Shown in pieces: positions 11,321-20,865 of a DNA stretch of 64,000 bases (position 1 is its first letter; the number at the start of each line of letters is the position of its first letter). A program made the position numbers and the translations under genes. Where the stretch lies: the IMG/VR virus record IMGVR_UViG_3300042256_000013, positions 307,105-371,104 of that record. One strand, 5' to 3'. Source of the DNA: a virus (taxonomy: Duplodnaviria > Heunggongvirae > Uroviricota > Caudoviricetes). The notes below the pieces were generated by a model. That model was given only the letters and a program-made list of their open reading frames with translations. It searched no databases and had not been told where the DNA came from.

Positions 11321-11941
11321 TTATTGGGTTCGTGCTGCTACTTTTGCTGGATAATAAATGTATTGATATTCAGACATACGCTTAGTCCAACATTCCCTGC
11401 AATTATTTCCACCAGTGTAAGACCGTGGAGGTAAATGATTTACCCTGCAAGTGTCACAAAACATTTGCTCACGTTCTAATTTTTCTAAAGAATAAATGTT
11501 ACCAACTTCAGTAATAACAGAACGGTCAACATTTAGGTCAGTTGCTAATGCCCTATTGGTAAATTGAGGATAATAAATCATGATATGACGAATTTGTTCA
11601 AGTGTCAGTACTGATGTAATTCGATTCCATACATTTTCAGACATTGGTTTACCATGTTTACGTACTAAAACTTTACGTAAACTTGATGAAACTTCTGGAA
11701 ATGGCTTACGATATACTGCATATTCGTCAATATCATTTAGCATTTGTAGATCTACACCATAATATGATGCAAGAAACTCATTACTTGGAATACGTGATTC
11801 TACATGAAGGCGAACCAAATTAGTATGTTTAGCAACTAATTCAACTGTTTTCTTACTAATACCCAAGTATTCAGCAATAAAAGTTACAGTTTCGTGTGGA
11901 TAACGAGACACAATTTCGTTAAGTTGTTCATTATTGATCAT
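11321..11941 (-). CDS. HTH-repeat protein with C-terminal Zn finger
   Basis: IAEYLGISKKTV and LATDLNVDRSVI HTH-like segments; CDTC...CREC. Confidence 0.5.
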   Translation of the reverse strand: MINNEQLNEIVSRYPHETVTFIAEYLGISKKTVELVAKHTNLVRLHVESRIPSNEFLASYYGVDLQMLNDIDEYAVYRKPFPEVSSSLRKVLVRKHGKPMSENVWNRITSVLTLEQIRHIMIYYPQFTNRALATDLNVDRSVITEVGNIYSLEKLEREQMFCDTCRVNHLPPRSYTGGNNCRECWTKRMSEYQYIYYPAKVAARTQ

Positions 11942-12257
11942 AACTAATATCCTTTAGAGCTTTAATTACTACACCAACTTTAGGTGCTTTTTGAATAGCT
12001 ATAAAATTGTAATAATAAGATTTTACATGTTCATTATAGCATGAAGTACACATATTGGTATTCAAAATTAGTTGACTAACCAAGTTTCTATCACACTTCC
12101 AACATATTCTTGCAACTCGTGGAACAACTTTATTAACTTTATATTTCTTACGTAAGTACCTATATTGCTCAGTACTTAAATTAAATTTCGATTTAAAGTT
12201 CAACCCGTTATAAAATTTAATTATTTTACCGAGATGTTCTTCATTAGGTATATTCAA
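11931..12257 (-). CDS. Zn-finger protein, C-terminus related to 11321..11941
   Basis: CWKC...MCTSCYNEHVKSYYY versus NCRECWTKRMSEYQY. Confidence 0.5.
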   Translation of the reverse strand: MNIPNEEHLGKIIKFYNGLNFKSKFNLSTEQYRYLRKKYKVNKVVPRVARICWKCDRNLVSQLILNTNMCTSCYNEHVKSYYYNFIAIQKAPKVGVVIKALKDISYDQ

Positions 12258-12573
12258 TTTCTTTTACTCCGAATGCCTCTATTGCTTTTTCACATATGGG
12301 GCATGGTTTAGCTGATAATGGATTTCCATTTCTATCTATTCTGGCAATCAGAAGTTTATGAACTTCTTTTTTAGCTGCAATTAATGCTGCTATTTCTGCA
12401 TGAAGGAATATTGATTCTGGTTTCCCTGCCAGTACTGCGAAATGTTTTTGAAGTGGATGAGAGCACTCGTAATCATTAGTTCTAATTGCAAGTACTCTAC
12501 CTTTTTTGTCAAGTGCACACGCAATTATTTTATATTTCTTACGTGTGTTTTTCACTTGAGTAGGACGTGGCAT
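12244..12573 (-). CDS. Zn-dependent cytidine/dCMP deaminase-superfamily protein
   Basis: LHAE...KPCPIC motifs; start moved to MPRPTQ. Confidence 0.8.
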   Translation of the reverse strand: MPRPTQVKNTRKKYKIIACALDKKGRVLAIRTNDYECSHPLQKHFAVLAGKPESIFLHAEIAALIAAKKEVHKLLIARIDRNGNPLSAKPCPICEKAIEAFGVKEIEYT

Positions 12574-12574
12574 T

Positions 12575-13249
12575 TCATGAAGTATGTGTATCAGCTTTGT
12601 GATCTTCATCCCTGATACCATATTTCTGTACGTCATATCCTAAACGTATGCTTTCCTTTGCATTGTAAATATCTGCATCAACGCAGATGATCTCCAGTTC
12701 AACCTCTGAATGCTGTTCCATTGTTAAACTTGGATCTTGAATTTTCTTTTTAAGTACTGGCAACAATTGTTCCATTTCTTCCAAATCAGCCTGAAGTTTT
12801 TCAATTTCATAATCTGGAAGCATTTTGATTTCACCATCATCCAGAATAGAAGCTTCAACAAATTCATGTGATGCCATCCATTCGTCGAAATTGAAACCTT
12901 TCATTGCTTCTTTTCGGTGATTATTCTTGTCTTCTTCTGTATAATCACCGTACTTTTGAATAACCAATTGGTATAGATTTTCAACAGCTTCTTCCCATGT
13001 ATCCCCGCCACAATCCAATTCCCAATCATGTGCATGACAATGTTGATTGAATTGTTTATCGAAATGTGGGATCATCAGTTCTGCCCAAAATTGTAATTTG
13101 GTATTCATGAACTGTAATTTTTCAACACGGTTCGTTTCTGGACACACCATGTGTGGTGTAATTTCAATAATAGCTGCTGATGCAAATGGTACATATTTCG
13201 GATGCTCGACAATCCAGTAATATTTTTCTGCTATGTTCATTTTTTTCAC
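12575..13249 (-). CDS. Hypothetical protein
   Basis: Long ORF within the operon. Confidence 0.6.
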   Translation of the reverse strand: MKKMNIAEKYYWIVEHPKYVPFASAAIIEITPHMVCPETNRVEKLQFMNTKLQFWAELMIPHFDKQFNQHCHAHDWELDCGGDTWEEAVENLYQLVIQKYGDYTEEDKNNHRKEAMKGFNFDEWMASHEFVEASILDDGEIKMLPDYEIEKLQADLEEMEQLLPVLKKKIQDPSLTMEQHSEVELEIICVDADIYNAKESIRLGYDVQKYGIRDEDHKADTHTS

Positions 13250-13669
13250 CTTAATTTAAGTGTCTTACTTAAAAGAAATACATCGCCCTGGAAGTTGGTA
13301 GTTCTAACGAGTAGGGATCATCCAGTACTAGCATTGAAGCGTAAACGGTCTTACATCTGGTTTTTGCCAGAAAGCACGGCTTATGTATTTCTCAATTCTT
13401 ACTTACGTTCTTTGATAGAATCAATAATAATTGATCCAATATCAATAACCATTAACAATAAAAATGCGATGTTAAGTACTGGTACGAAACCAGACAACAT
13501 CAGTATTTTGTATCGTTTAGGTGAACGAGAACTGTACATAGGAACATGTACAAAATTACCCGTTTTGGAATCATACTCTTTAATATACTTTTCTTTTTTG
13601 TCAAAGATAAAAAGAAATATATTGAAAGCAATTCCTATTAGTACTGATAAAATCAGAAATGTAGTCATA

Positions 13670-14938
13670 TTAACGCCTTAAGTTTTTAACTACGACGAAA
13701 GCATTGCGACCACGCTGAAGGACAAAATGTTTTGAATCAATAATGTCCACATCTTCAGTGAAGACGTTCTCTTTAGTATCGTAGAATTCGTTTACCTTGC
13801 GACCATTAATTTTGATCGCACCATTATTGATGAACTCACGTGCCATCTTACGAGAATCAGCTAATCCTGAATCTACCAGCAATGCTACTAAATCAAGAGT
13901 ACTGGTTTGTTCTTGTACTTTAAATCCACTGCTAATCATCATATCAACAGCTTCATCATTCAGTTCCACATTCTTACCAAAGAAGAAATCCGATAATGCA
14001 CGAGCAGTCGAAGCTGCAACTGAATCATGAACAAGTTCAGTCATAGCATATGCTAACTGTAACTTAACGATATTTGGATCACCGTTAGTCATTTCATTCA
14101 CAATGTTCTCTACACTAAATGAGAATGGTTTGAAGTACTGGTACAGTTTAGGTACTTCAGTATCTTCAATATTACGCCAGAACTGGAAGAAATGGTACGG
14201 CGTAGTACGTTGACCAGTCATCCAGATAGTACCAGATTCTGATTTACCAAATTTAGTACCATCAGCTTTAGTAACAAGCGGAAGAGTGATAACACCACAT
14301 TCAGCATCATTACCATGAAGCTTATGGATTAAATCTGTACCAGCAATCATATTACCCCACTGGTCTGAACCACCGATTTGAATCTTACAATTCATTTCAG
14401 TATACAGATATTCGAAATCCATTCCTTGAAGAATTGGGTATGCGAATTCAGTAAATGAAATACCTTGATCTGGTCGTTCAATACGAGAACGTACCGACTC
14501 TTTATTGATCATGTTATTCACGGTGAATGCTTTACCGTAATCACGAAGGAACGAAAGCATATTAATGTCACGCATCCAATCGAAGTTGTTTACGATTTCA
14601 ACATCTTCACCTAAAATAGAAGTGATAACAGTACTAATACCAGCAACGTTACGACTGATCGTATCCCAATCCATCATAGAACGTTCTTCGGATTTGAAAC
14701 TCGGATCACCAATGGAACCCGTAGCACCGCCAACCAGGGCAATAACTTTCACGCCGTGTTTCTTGAACACTTTCATTACTGATAGTGGAAGTAAACTGCC
14801 AATATGTAATGAATCAGCAGTTGGATCAAAGCCACAATACACTGCTGAACCTTCGTCCAGTAATTTTGACAGTACTGTAATATCAGTACTTTGATTAATC
14901 AAACCGCGATCTTGTAACTCTACCAATGCCGAATGCAT
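13670..14938 (-). CDS. tyrS: Tyrosyl-tRNA synthetase
   Basis: YCGFDPTADSLHIGS (HIGH-like), QIGGSDQWGN, KFGKS, C-terminal S4 domain; start MHSALVELQDRG has an SD. Confidence 0.97.
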   Translation of the reverse strand: MHSALVELQDRGLINQSTDITVLSKLLDEGSAVYCGFDPTADSLHIGSLLPLSVMKVFKKHGVKVIALVGGATGSIGDPSFKSEERSMMDWDTISRNVAGISTVITSILGEDVEIVNNFDWMRDINMLSFLRDYGKAFTVNNMINKESVRSRIERPDQGISFTEFAYPILQGMDFEYLYTEMNCKIQIGGSDQWGNMIAGTDLIHKLHGNDAECGVITLPLVTKADGTKFGKSESGTIWMTGQRTTPYHFFQFWRNIEDTEVPKLYQYFKPFSFSVENIVNEMTNGDPNIVKLQLAYAMTELVHDSVAASTARALSDFFFGKNVELNDEAVDMMISSGFKVQEQTSTLDLVALLVDSGLADSRKMAREFINNGAIKINGRKVNEFYDTKENVFTEDVDIIDSKHFVLQRGRNAFVVVKNLRR

Positions 14939-14939
14939 G

Positions 14940-15224
14940 TTATTCACCTTTATCTTGTTCAATTACACCTAGAATACAATCTTCTGGCATAATTAGAATA
15001 TTTTCATTATCAATCTTTTCAGAATGAACTCGTTTATCACCTTCAGCGTAGGTAACAATGTCTCCAACTTTCACATCAGAAAGAAAACTTGGGCCAACAG
15101 CTATTACTTCAGCATGTGTTGAATCTTCTTCTTGATTTGCAGTTAAGATAATTCCACCTGCACTTTTAGCTTCGTATACATATTTCTTTGCAATGATATG
15201 ATTATATACTGGTCTAATATTCAT
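14940..15224 (-). CDS. groES: Co-chaperonin GroES-like
   Basis: IRPVYNHII, KSAGGIIL mobile loop, VIAVGP, VKVGDIV. Confidence 0.9.
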   Translation of the reverse strand: MNIRPVYNHIIAKKYVYEAKSAGGIILTANQEEDSTHAEVIAVGPSFLSDVKVGDIVTYAEGDKRVHSEKIDNENILIMPEDCILGVIEQDKGE

Positions 15225-15838
15225 TATTTTTCCTCGATGGTACGAAACTCTACTGTAAGTCCAGCCGCTTCAGCAGCTTTAATACCGTATTCCATACCTT
15301 TACTAATTCCGTGGTCGATATATACCACTGAACCTTGTGCAACTTCCTTCCATGCTAGACCTGCATCAATACCCAATTGACGTTCTTCTGGAATAGTATC
15401 ATCCAAAATTCCATCTTGTGTATAAAGCAAATGACTAGCAATTGGTGCTTCACCTAGAGAAAGAGAATGCCGTACACATTTACGTGCGTATTCAATATTT
15501 TCTTCTATAGTGTATTCATCTGAAGCAGCAAATGGTGATTCGAGAATGACCAATTTATGTTCAATATCAGAGTTTTGAACTGCGTTAAGTCTATCATATT
15601 GCTCGATGAATTGCAAGGCCACTGCTGCAACTTGTACAAGTTCTTCACGTGCAGTACCCTCATGTGACCCGCCAAATTCATCATGAAGAATCGCCTGGCA
15701 TACTTCACCAAATTCTTCACCTAATATAACTTGCCACAAGAAAGGATGTTGATTGCGGTCAGCACCCCATTTACTATCTTGTTTATTCATTTCTGCAAGA
15801 ACGTCCGATAACGCTTTTGTTTTTGCATGGTCTGTCAT
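15224..15838 (-). CDS. MazG-like NTP pyrophosphatase fused to a nucleoside-deoxyribosyltransferase-like domain
   Basis: N-term LGEEFGEV...REELVQVAAVA; C-term ILESPFA...APIASHLLYTQ...ISKGMEYGI. Confidence 0.7.
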   Translation of the reverse strand: MTDHAKTKALSDVLAEMNKQDSKWGADRNQHPFLWQVILGEEFGEVCQAILHDEFGGSHEGTAREELVQVAAVALQFIEQYDRLNAVQNSDIEHKLVILESPFAASDEYTIEENIEYARKCVRHSLSLGEAPIASHLLYTQDGILDDTIPEERQLGIDAGLAWKEVAQGSVVYIDHGISKGMEYGIKAAEAAGLTVEFRTIEEK

Positions 15839-15859
15839 TTTTTAATCCTTAATTGACCA

Positions 15860-16717
15860 TTACTGGTCGTTTAGTGTTTCTTTCCATTTGTTCAGTTTTT
15901 TGCTCATATAAGACAAGAACAAGTACTGAATTTCTTCTGCTGTATTATCTGGATGTTGTAATGCGAACATATCCATCGCACAAATTGCCAGATCAACAGC
16001 TTCACCAGCAACACCATCTGAACCAGCATCTTTATAAGACAAACCATCTGCGATATTGTCTTCTAGTGCCATTTCACCTAATTCTTCCATGCATTTCTTG
16101 AATACATAGTTATTGGTACGAGTATCATCAGTACCTTTAGAACCCAATTCTACTGAAAGATTAAACATTTCATTAAGACCAGATTCCAGTACTGCATTAA
16201 TATTTCGTTTATCACTAAAATTAACTACTTGTGTTGTACAATCTGCTGGTAACTTTGATGTTTCACCTGCACGACCTTGAATTATTTTCATGGTAGCTAT
16301 ACGATAATAATGAGTGTATGCATCCTGTTCTTCATTCGTCAGCAATGCTACCAATGGTTCAATTTCACTATCATTAAACATATTCAGTACTGAATAAATT
16401 TGATGACCAGTTTTCAAAAATTGTTCTTCACCAGCTACACCTTCATTATACCAATCTACAAGATTAGCAAATTCAGCAACTTGCTCACCAAGTACTGAAG
16501 CTTTGAATATTTCAATTGAAGATTGTACACTGATTGAAATAACATCAGCTAGTACTAATAGATTAGAGTTTACCATGTCTCCAATAACAGATGCCGGACA
16601 TGTACAGTAAGGTGTTCGAGTATTATTCTCATGATTATATTGAGTACTAATAACTTCCCCTGGTTCAATGTGCATCAGAATTTTACGTGCTTCAATAATA
16701 GATTCGGTGTTCATCAT
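15860..16717 (-). CDS. Protein with C-terminal MazG-like domain
   Basis: KCMEELGEMA...GEAVDLAICAMD (EExxE...ExxD). Confidence 0.65.
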   Translation of the reverse strand: MMNTESIIEARKILMHIEPGEVISTQYNHENNTRTPYCTCPASVIGDMVNSNLLVLADVISISVQSSIEIFKASVLGEQVAEFANLVDWYNEGVAGEEQFLKTGHQIYSVLNMFNDSEIEPLVALLTNEEQDAYTHYYRIATMKIIQGRAGETSKLPADCTTQVVNFSDKRNINAVLESGLNEMFNLSVELGSKGTDDTRTNNYVFKKCMEELGEMALEDNIADGLSYKDAGSDGVAGEAVDLAICAMDMFALQHPDNTAEEIQYLFLSYMSKKLNKWKETLNDQ

Positions 16718-16740
16718 TTTTCCTAAAAGAAAAGGGAGCA

Positions 16741-17286
16741 TTAGCTCCCTTTGTGTTGACGTTTACGTTTAGTACAATCTTTCCAAGAAAGACTGCGGCG
16801 AGCCATAATATCATCCCAAGGATTCGGTAGATTCCTGCGACGACCACGAAATTCTGGTTCACCTTCTTCTTTAACTACTGCTGCTACCGCACGGCGTTCA
16901 GCAATGGTTTCCATTTTACGGTCGTAAGTAGTAGTATGACTTTTACGCCATTGACGGTTTCTCCAATAACGATGGTACGCATCAATGTATTTCTGATGTG
17001 CATGATTATTTGTTGATTGGTATTCATGCTTGAACAACTCTGGTGAAACCATTACATTGTTCTTTGTGTACAAATAAAACATTTCGCAGAAAAATTTGTT
17101 ATCCCATTTATTGTAATAACCGTATTTCCAAAAAGGTTCTTTCTCGTATTTGGTTAACCACTTCATGCGATAATAAAAAACATCAGGTGATTCTTTGTAT
17201 ATACTACTAAGCCATCCAATGAGATCATCAGTTTCTACTACATTACCATTATCGAAGAAGATTTTAAAAGTTTGATCAAAGAACAT
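16741..17286 (-). CDS. Hypothetical protein with basic C-terminus
   Basis: RGRRRNLPNPWDD...SWKDCTKRKRQ; terminator hairpin at 16725-16750. Confidence 0.6.
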   Translation of the reverse strand: MFFDQTFKIFFDNGNVVETDDLIGWLSSIYKESPDVFYYRMKWLTKYEKEPFWKYGYYNKWDNKFFCEMFYLYTKNNVMVSPELFKHEYQSTNNHAHQKYIDAYHRYWRNRQWRKSHTTTYDRKMETIAERRAVAAVVKEEGEPEFRGRRRNLPNPWDDIMARRSLSWKDCTKRKRQHKGS

Positions 17287-17487
17287 ATGTCCTCCTTATT
17301 ATGAGTTAAATTCACAATCGGAATGACATACGCCCTTTATTAAATTGTTTCATTTGTGTTCCTTAGCTAATATAAGCCCAATACCCGAAACCCACAATAG
17401 CTCCGAGAGTGATAAGACATAACAGAATCCAACGACCTGCTGCACCCATACATAACAGTTCTACGATCATTTCGATCAATGCGAATA

Positions 17488-17945
17488 CTAACTCACCCAT
17501 TTGATGATGCTCCAGATAACAGGGAATGCTCCACCGTAATACATCAGTACTAGACCAACAATTACGCCCATAGCTCCATAATCAATTTCTACAAGGTGTA
17601 GTAAATGACTAGTTGGTTTAGATTTTATAACATCAATTAAGCCGCCAATAAACATCGCTATTCCAAATATAGAAATAACAAAATGAAAAATCATTGGCCC
17701 AATTTGAACTAAATCTGATAACATTTTTTCAGGTGTCATGTAACTACCTGAATAAAATTAATAATTGCAGCCCAAATAACAAGTAAACCAGCTAAACTCA
17801 TCCCTCCAAATATTAGAGCGGGTTTGCATTCATGTTTACCAGTTGCTGACCATACAAATAGGTACAACCCTAATCCTAATGCAACTAATGCCGATCCAAA
17901 TGTTAAAAACAAAAGGAACAATATTACTACAAATACCGTCATCAT
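17488..17945 (-). CDS. Two small membrane proteins (17488..17739, 17736..17945)
   Basis: Two hydrophobic helices each. Confidence 0.6.
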
Positions 17946-18640
17946 GAGTTCACCTCTTTAGGGAATAAGATACGAAATCCAGTCATTACTGAATTGTGTG
18001 TTGCTTTGGCATAGTTTAACACAACCTGACAACGTTCGTCAAGTGTTCCAGTACTGTTTTTATACAATTCATACACTTGAGCATGAATTTCATTTAAGTA
18101 CGCAATATCTTGCTCTTTAGTAGTAGAACATTCTGGATGATATTTCCACTTAGCATAATATGGGAACTTGAAAGCATGACAAATATTTTTCAATCCAAGT
18201 AATTCATCATAATCTTCTTCTACAGTAAGTTTCTTTTTACCTTTATCAAATGCTTTAGAAGCAATTGAACTGATACATGAACGTACTTCATGTGGTAATT
18301 TATCGCTGAATGCAGAATCAATATCTTTCTGAATAGCTGCATTACTGATACACATAAAGTACTTTGGTTGCATAGACCGTAATTCACCTTGAAATGATTT
18401 ACGATGCATTATTTCTACGTTAACTAGAAGATCGACAAATCCCAAATAGAAAGTTTTATGACGTTTCTCTGGAGGTTCGTCATCAATTACCAATGTAACA
18501 TCAATATCATTAGGTTGAACATCGAAACCATGAAACTGTTCAACATAAGAACCATATATGATAATATTCTTATAACCTAATTCTGTAAAGTACTCGTGAA
18601 TTTTATCCAGTACTAACTGTTGTTCAGGGGTGATATTCAT
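17942..18640 (-). CDS. Pol-beta-family nucleotidyltransferase
   Basis: IIYGSY...NDIDV (GS...DxD); start moved to MNITPEQ downstream of the terminator. Confidence 0.7.
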   Translation of the reverse strand: MNITPEQQLVLDKIHEYFTELGYKNIIIYGSYVEQFHGFDVQPNDIDVTLVIDDEPPEKRHKTFYLGFVDLLVNVEIMHRKSFQGELRSMQPKYFMCISNAAIQKDIDSAFSDKLPHEVRSCISSIASKAFDKGKKKLTVEEDYDELLGLKNICHAFKFPYYAKWKYHPECSTTKEQDIAYLNEIHAQVYELYKNSTGTLDERCQVVLNYAKATHNSVMTGFRILFPKEVNS

Positions 18641-18654
18641 TTTCTTTATCCAAT

Positions 18655-18791
18655 AAAAAAAGGCCACATTGCATGGCCTATAAAGAATGTAATAAAACAA
18701 CATGGAGTCAAAATATTATTATTGTTATGTAACTATTTATGTTGTTTATCATTCTACAGGCCAGAAATGGAGAACCATTTTGCTGTTTAAT
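18655..18791 (-). ncRNA. Candidate small RNA / attenuating leader
   Basis: Extended -10 promoter at 18798-18806, no convincing ORF, long hairpin, ends in terminator 18655-18679. Confidence 0.45.
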
Positions 18792-18796
18792 ATCTG

Positions 18797-18812
18797 CATT
18801 ATAGCACAAAAA
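18797..18812 (-). promoter_or_regulatory. Sigma70-type extended -10 promoter TTTTTGTGCTATAATG
   Basis: The same 16-mer occurs at 52495-52510 and 55606-55621; variant at 27965-27980. Confidence 0.75.
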
Positions 18813-19011
18813 ATCAGGGCGTTCCATATATTTTTGTGAGATTTTCAGCAAGAGTTTTCATCTCTGTTTCAGTACCGTAAGCAATAGATTTACTGTACTT
18901 AAAGAACCATAAACTTCTCACTTTCATACAATGATAAAAGATTATATCCGAATCACCAACTTGTGGATCAGCTTTAGCGTAGAATGATGTTTTCATTTTA
19001 TTCAGTCCATT

Positions 19012-19037
19012 AAAAAAGGGGATACATAGTATCCCCT
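19012..19037 (-). terminator. Intrinsic terminator after phoH
   Basis: AGGGGATAC/GTATCCCCT stem plus T-run. Confidence 0.8.
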
Positions 19038-19044
19038 AAAGTTG

Positions 19045-20487
19045 TTATAGATTTTCTTCTGCAAACGCAGCAAGAACAGAACGTTGTACGCCCTCTAACT
19101 CAATGATTCTGCAACCTTCCCAATCTTTGAATTTCTCGGTTACATAAGTCAAACCTGAGTTGGTAGGACTAATGAACTTATTATCAATCTGAGATAAGTT
19201 ACCCATGATGATCACTTTACAGTTTTCACCAGCACGAGTAAGAATTGTTTTTGCTTGAGCAGGAGTAATGTTCTGGAATTCATCAACAATCAAGATTGTA
19301 TTGATGAAACTACGACCACGAACAAAGTTCAATGCTTTGAATTGGAAGACATTACGTTTCATAATTTCTTCAATTGAACCTTGTGGATTCGCATCGTCTT
19401 TATGCAGATACTCTAACGCATCCACAGCAGCACCACAGAATGGCATTACTTTTTCTAGTTCTGAACCTGGCAAGAAGCCGATTTCTTCGAACTGAGAATC
19501 TTGTGTTTTAGAGAAGATAATACGGTCATATTTCTTCTTCTCTAGTACTAATTCAAGTGCAGTTGCAATAGTGATTAACGTTTTACCAGTACCTGCTGGA
19601 CCTAATAGGATTGTAAGATGTACATCTTTATCCATAATAGAGTTAATAGCCATTGCTTGTTGAATGTTCTTGGCTTTAATATCCCATACTTTACGAGACA
19701 TAGCTTTCGCTAAACCTACATCGCTGAAACATAACATGTCACGATCATCATCTGCATCAAGTACTGAAGCATAACCTTCAAATACGAATAGACCATCTGA
19801 CTTATCATAAATGTAATCACCAATGAATAAATCAGAAGGAAGAATGTGTTTAACATTTTCTTCTGGAATCATGTGAACTAGTTTCGAACCAGCTTGATTT
19901 GAATACACTACATCACCAACTTCAGCCCAAAAATCTTCTACTTCCAATTCGTGATTGCCAGTATGGATTAGGTCAGAGTCTTCAATAGTTACATCGTGAC
20001 GATAATCTTGTACTTCAACACCGTATGCCAGTGCTTTAATACGCATATTAATGTCGCGAGTTACTAGAACTGCTTGTGATAGTTTAGCAACTAAGATGAT
20101 TTCGTCATCTGGTACTGTACTTTTGAAAAGAGTGTCAAGCTTAGGATCGAAGGTTTCAGAATCCAAATTTGGGTTCGCCATATGCCAGATTGCTGTAAGT
20201 TCTTCGATTGTTAGTACAAATAGACGAGTGTCTGCGTTGATGTGTGGGTGGGTTTTTGAAATCTGAACACCTTCAGTGCTGATTTCTTCATGAGTTGCTG
20301 TTTCAAGAATAGAACTAATGTTGCGAATAGCAACACGTGCATCTCGTGAAATATCAACTTTACGACTCTTGATGGAATCTAATTCTTCAAGTACTTTGAA
20401 CGGTAGAATTACATGTGAACCTTCAAACGCTAGGATTGCGTTAGGATCACCAAGAATCACGTTTGTGTCAAGAACATATTTTTTCAT
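19045..20487 (-). CDS. phoH: PhoH2-type PIN-PhoH ATPase
   Basis: N-term PIN YVLDTNV...VLEELD...PDDEI...TRDINMR; GPAGTGKT, RGRSF, VDEFQN. Confidence 0.92.
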   Translation of the reverse strand: MKKYVLDTNVILGDPNAILAFEGSHVILPFKVLEELDSIKSRKVDISRDARVAIRNISSILETATHEEISTEGVQISKTHPHINADTRLFVLTIEELTAIWHMANPNLDSETFDPKLDTLFKSTVPDDEIILVAKLSQAVLVTRDINMRIKALAYGVEVQDYRHDVTIEDSDLIHTGNHELEVEDFWAEVGDVVYSNQAGSKLVHMIPEENVKHILPSDLFIGDYIYDKSDGLFVFEGYASVLDADDDRDMLCFSDVGLAKAMSRKVWDIKAKNIQQAMAINSIMDKDVHLTILLGPAGTGKTLITIATALELVLEKKKYDRIIFSKTQDSQFEEIGFLPGSELEKVMPFCGAAVDALEYLHKDDANPQGSIEEIMKRNVFQFKALNFVRGRSFINTILIVDEFQNITPAQAKTILTRAGENCKVIIMGNLSQIDNKFISPTNSGLTYVTEKFKDWEGCRIIELEGVQRSVLAAFAEENL

Positions 20488-20559
20488 AAACATCCTTTTT
20501 GTGTTTGTGTGTGGTAACACGTTGTTTTTCCTAACTGTATTTAATGCTCCAAAATACAG

Positions 20560-20865
20560 TTAGTTTTTGACTGGCTGATAATCCACATAGCACTGGTTTC
20601 CTTGTGCTTCTTCATACCAGCACTCTTGATATACCAATTGCCCTAAGACAACTGGTTTATCAGAGATAGCCGATTTCTTATTACCGAATTGATCGGTATA
20701 TTGGAACGAACATTGATTATTTGAAGTGCATTGGCCTAAGCCATAAACTTGTCCGACATTATAATAAACGTTCTGATGTTCAGTACTTTTATGATTTATG
20801 GAAATAGTAGTTAATATCCATGTCAATACAGCAGAAATTATTAAACACCAGATTAAACGTTTCAT
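20560..20865 (-). CDS. Membrane-anchored Cys-containing hypothetical protein
   Basis: N-terminal TM/signal segment and four Cys in the soluble part. Confidence 0.55.
   Translation of the reverse strand: MKRLIWCLIISAVLTWILTTISINHKSTEHQNVYYNVGQVYGLGQCTSNNQCSFQYTDQFGNKKSAISDKPVVLGQLVYQECWYEEAQGNQCYVDYQPVKN

Noticed and set aside
18704-18710. GACUCC in the 18.7 kb RNA loop pairing with the GGAGUC SD loop of the nadV/natV leaders
   Set aside because: Only 6 bp of generic anti-SD complementarity; not enough to claim targeting.
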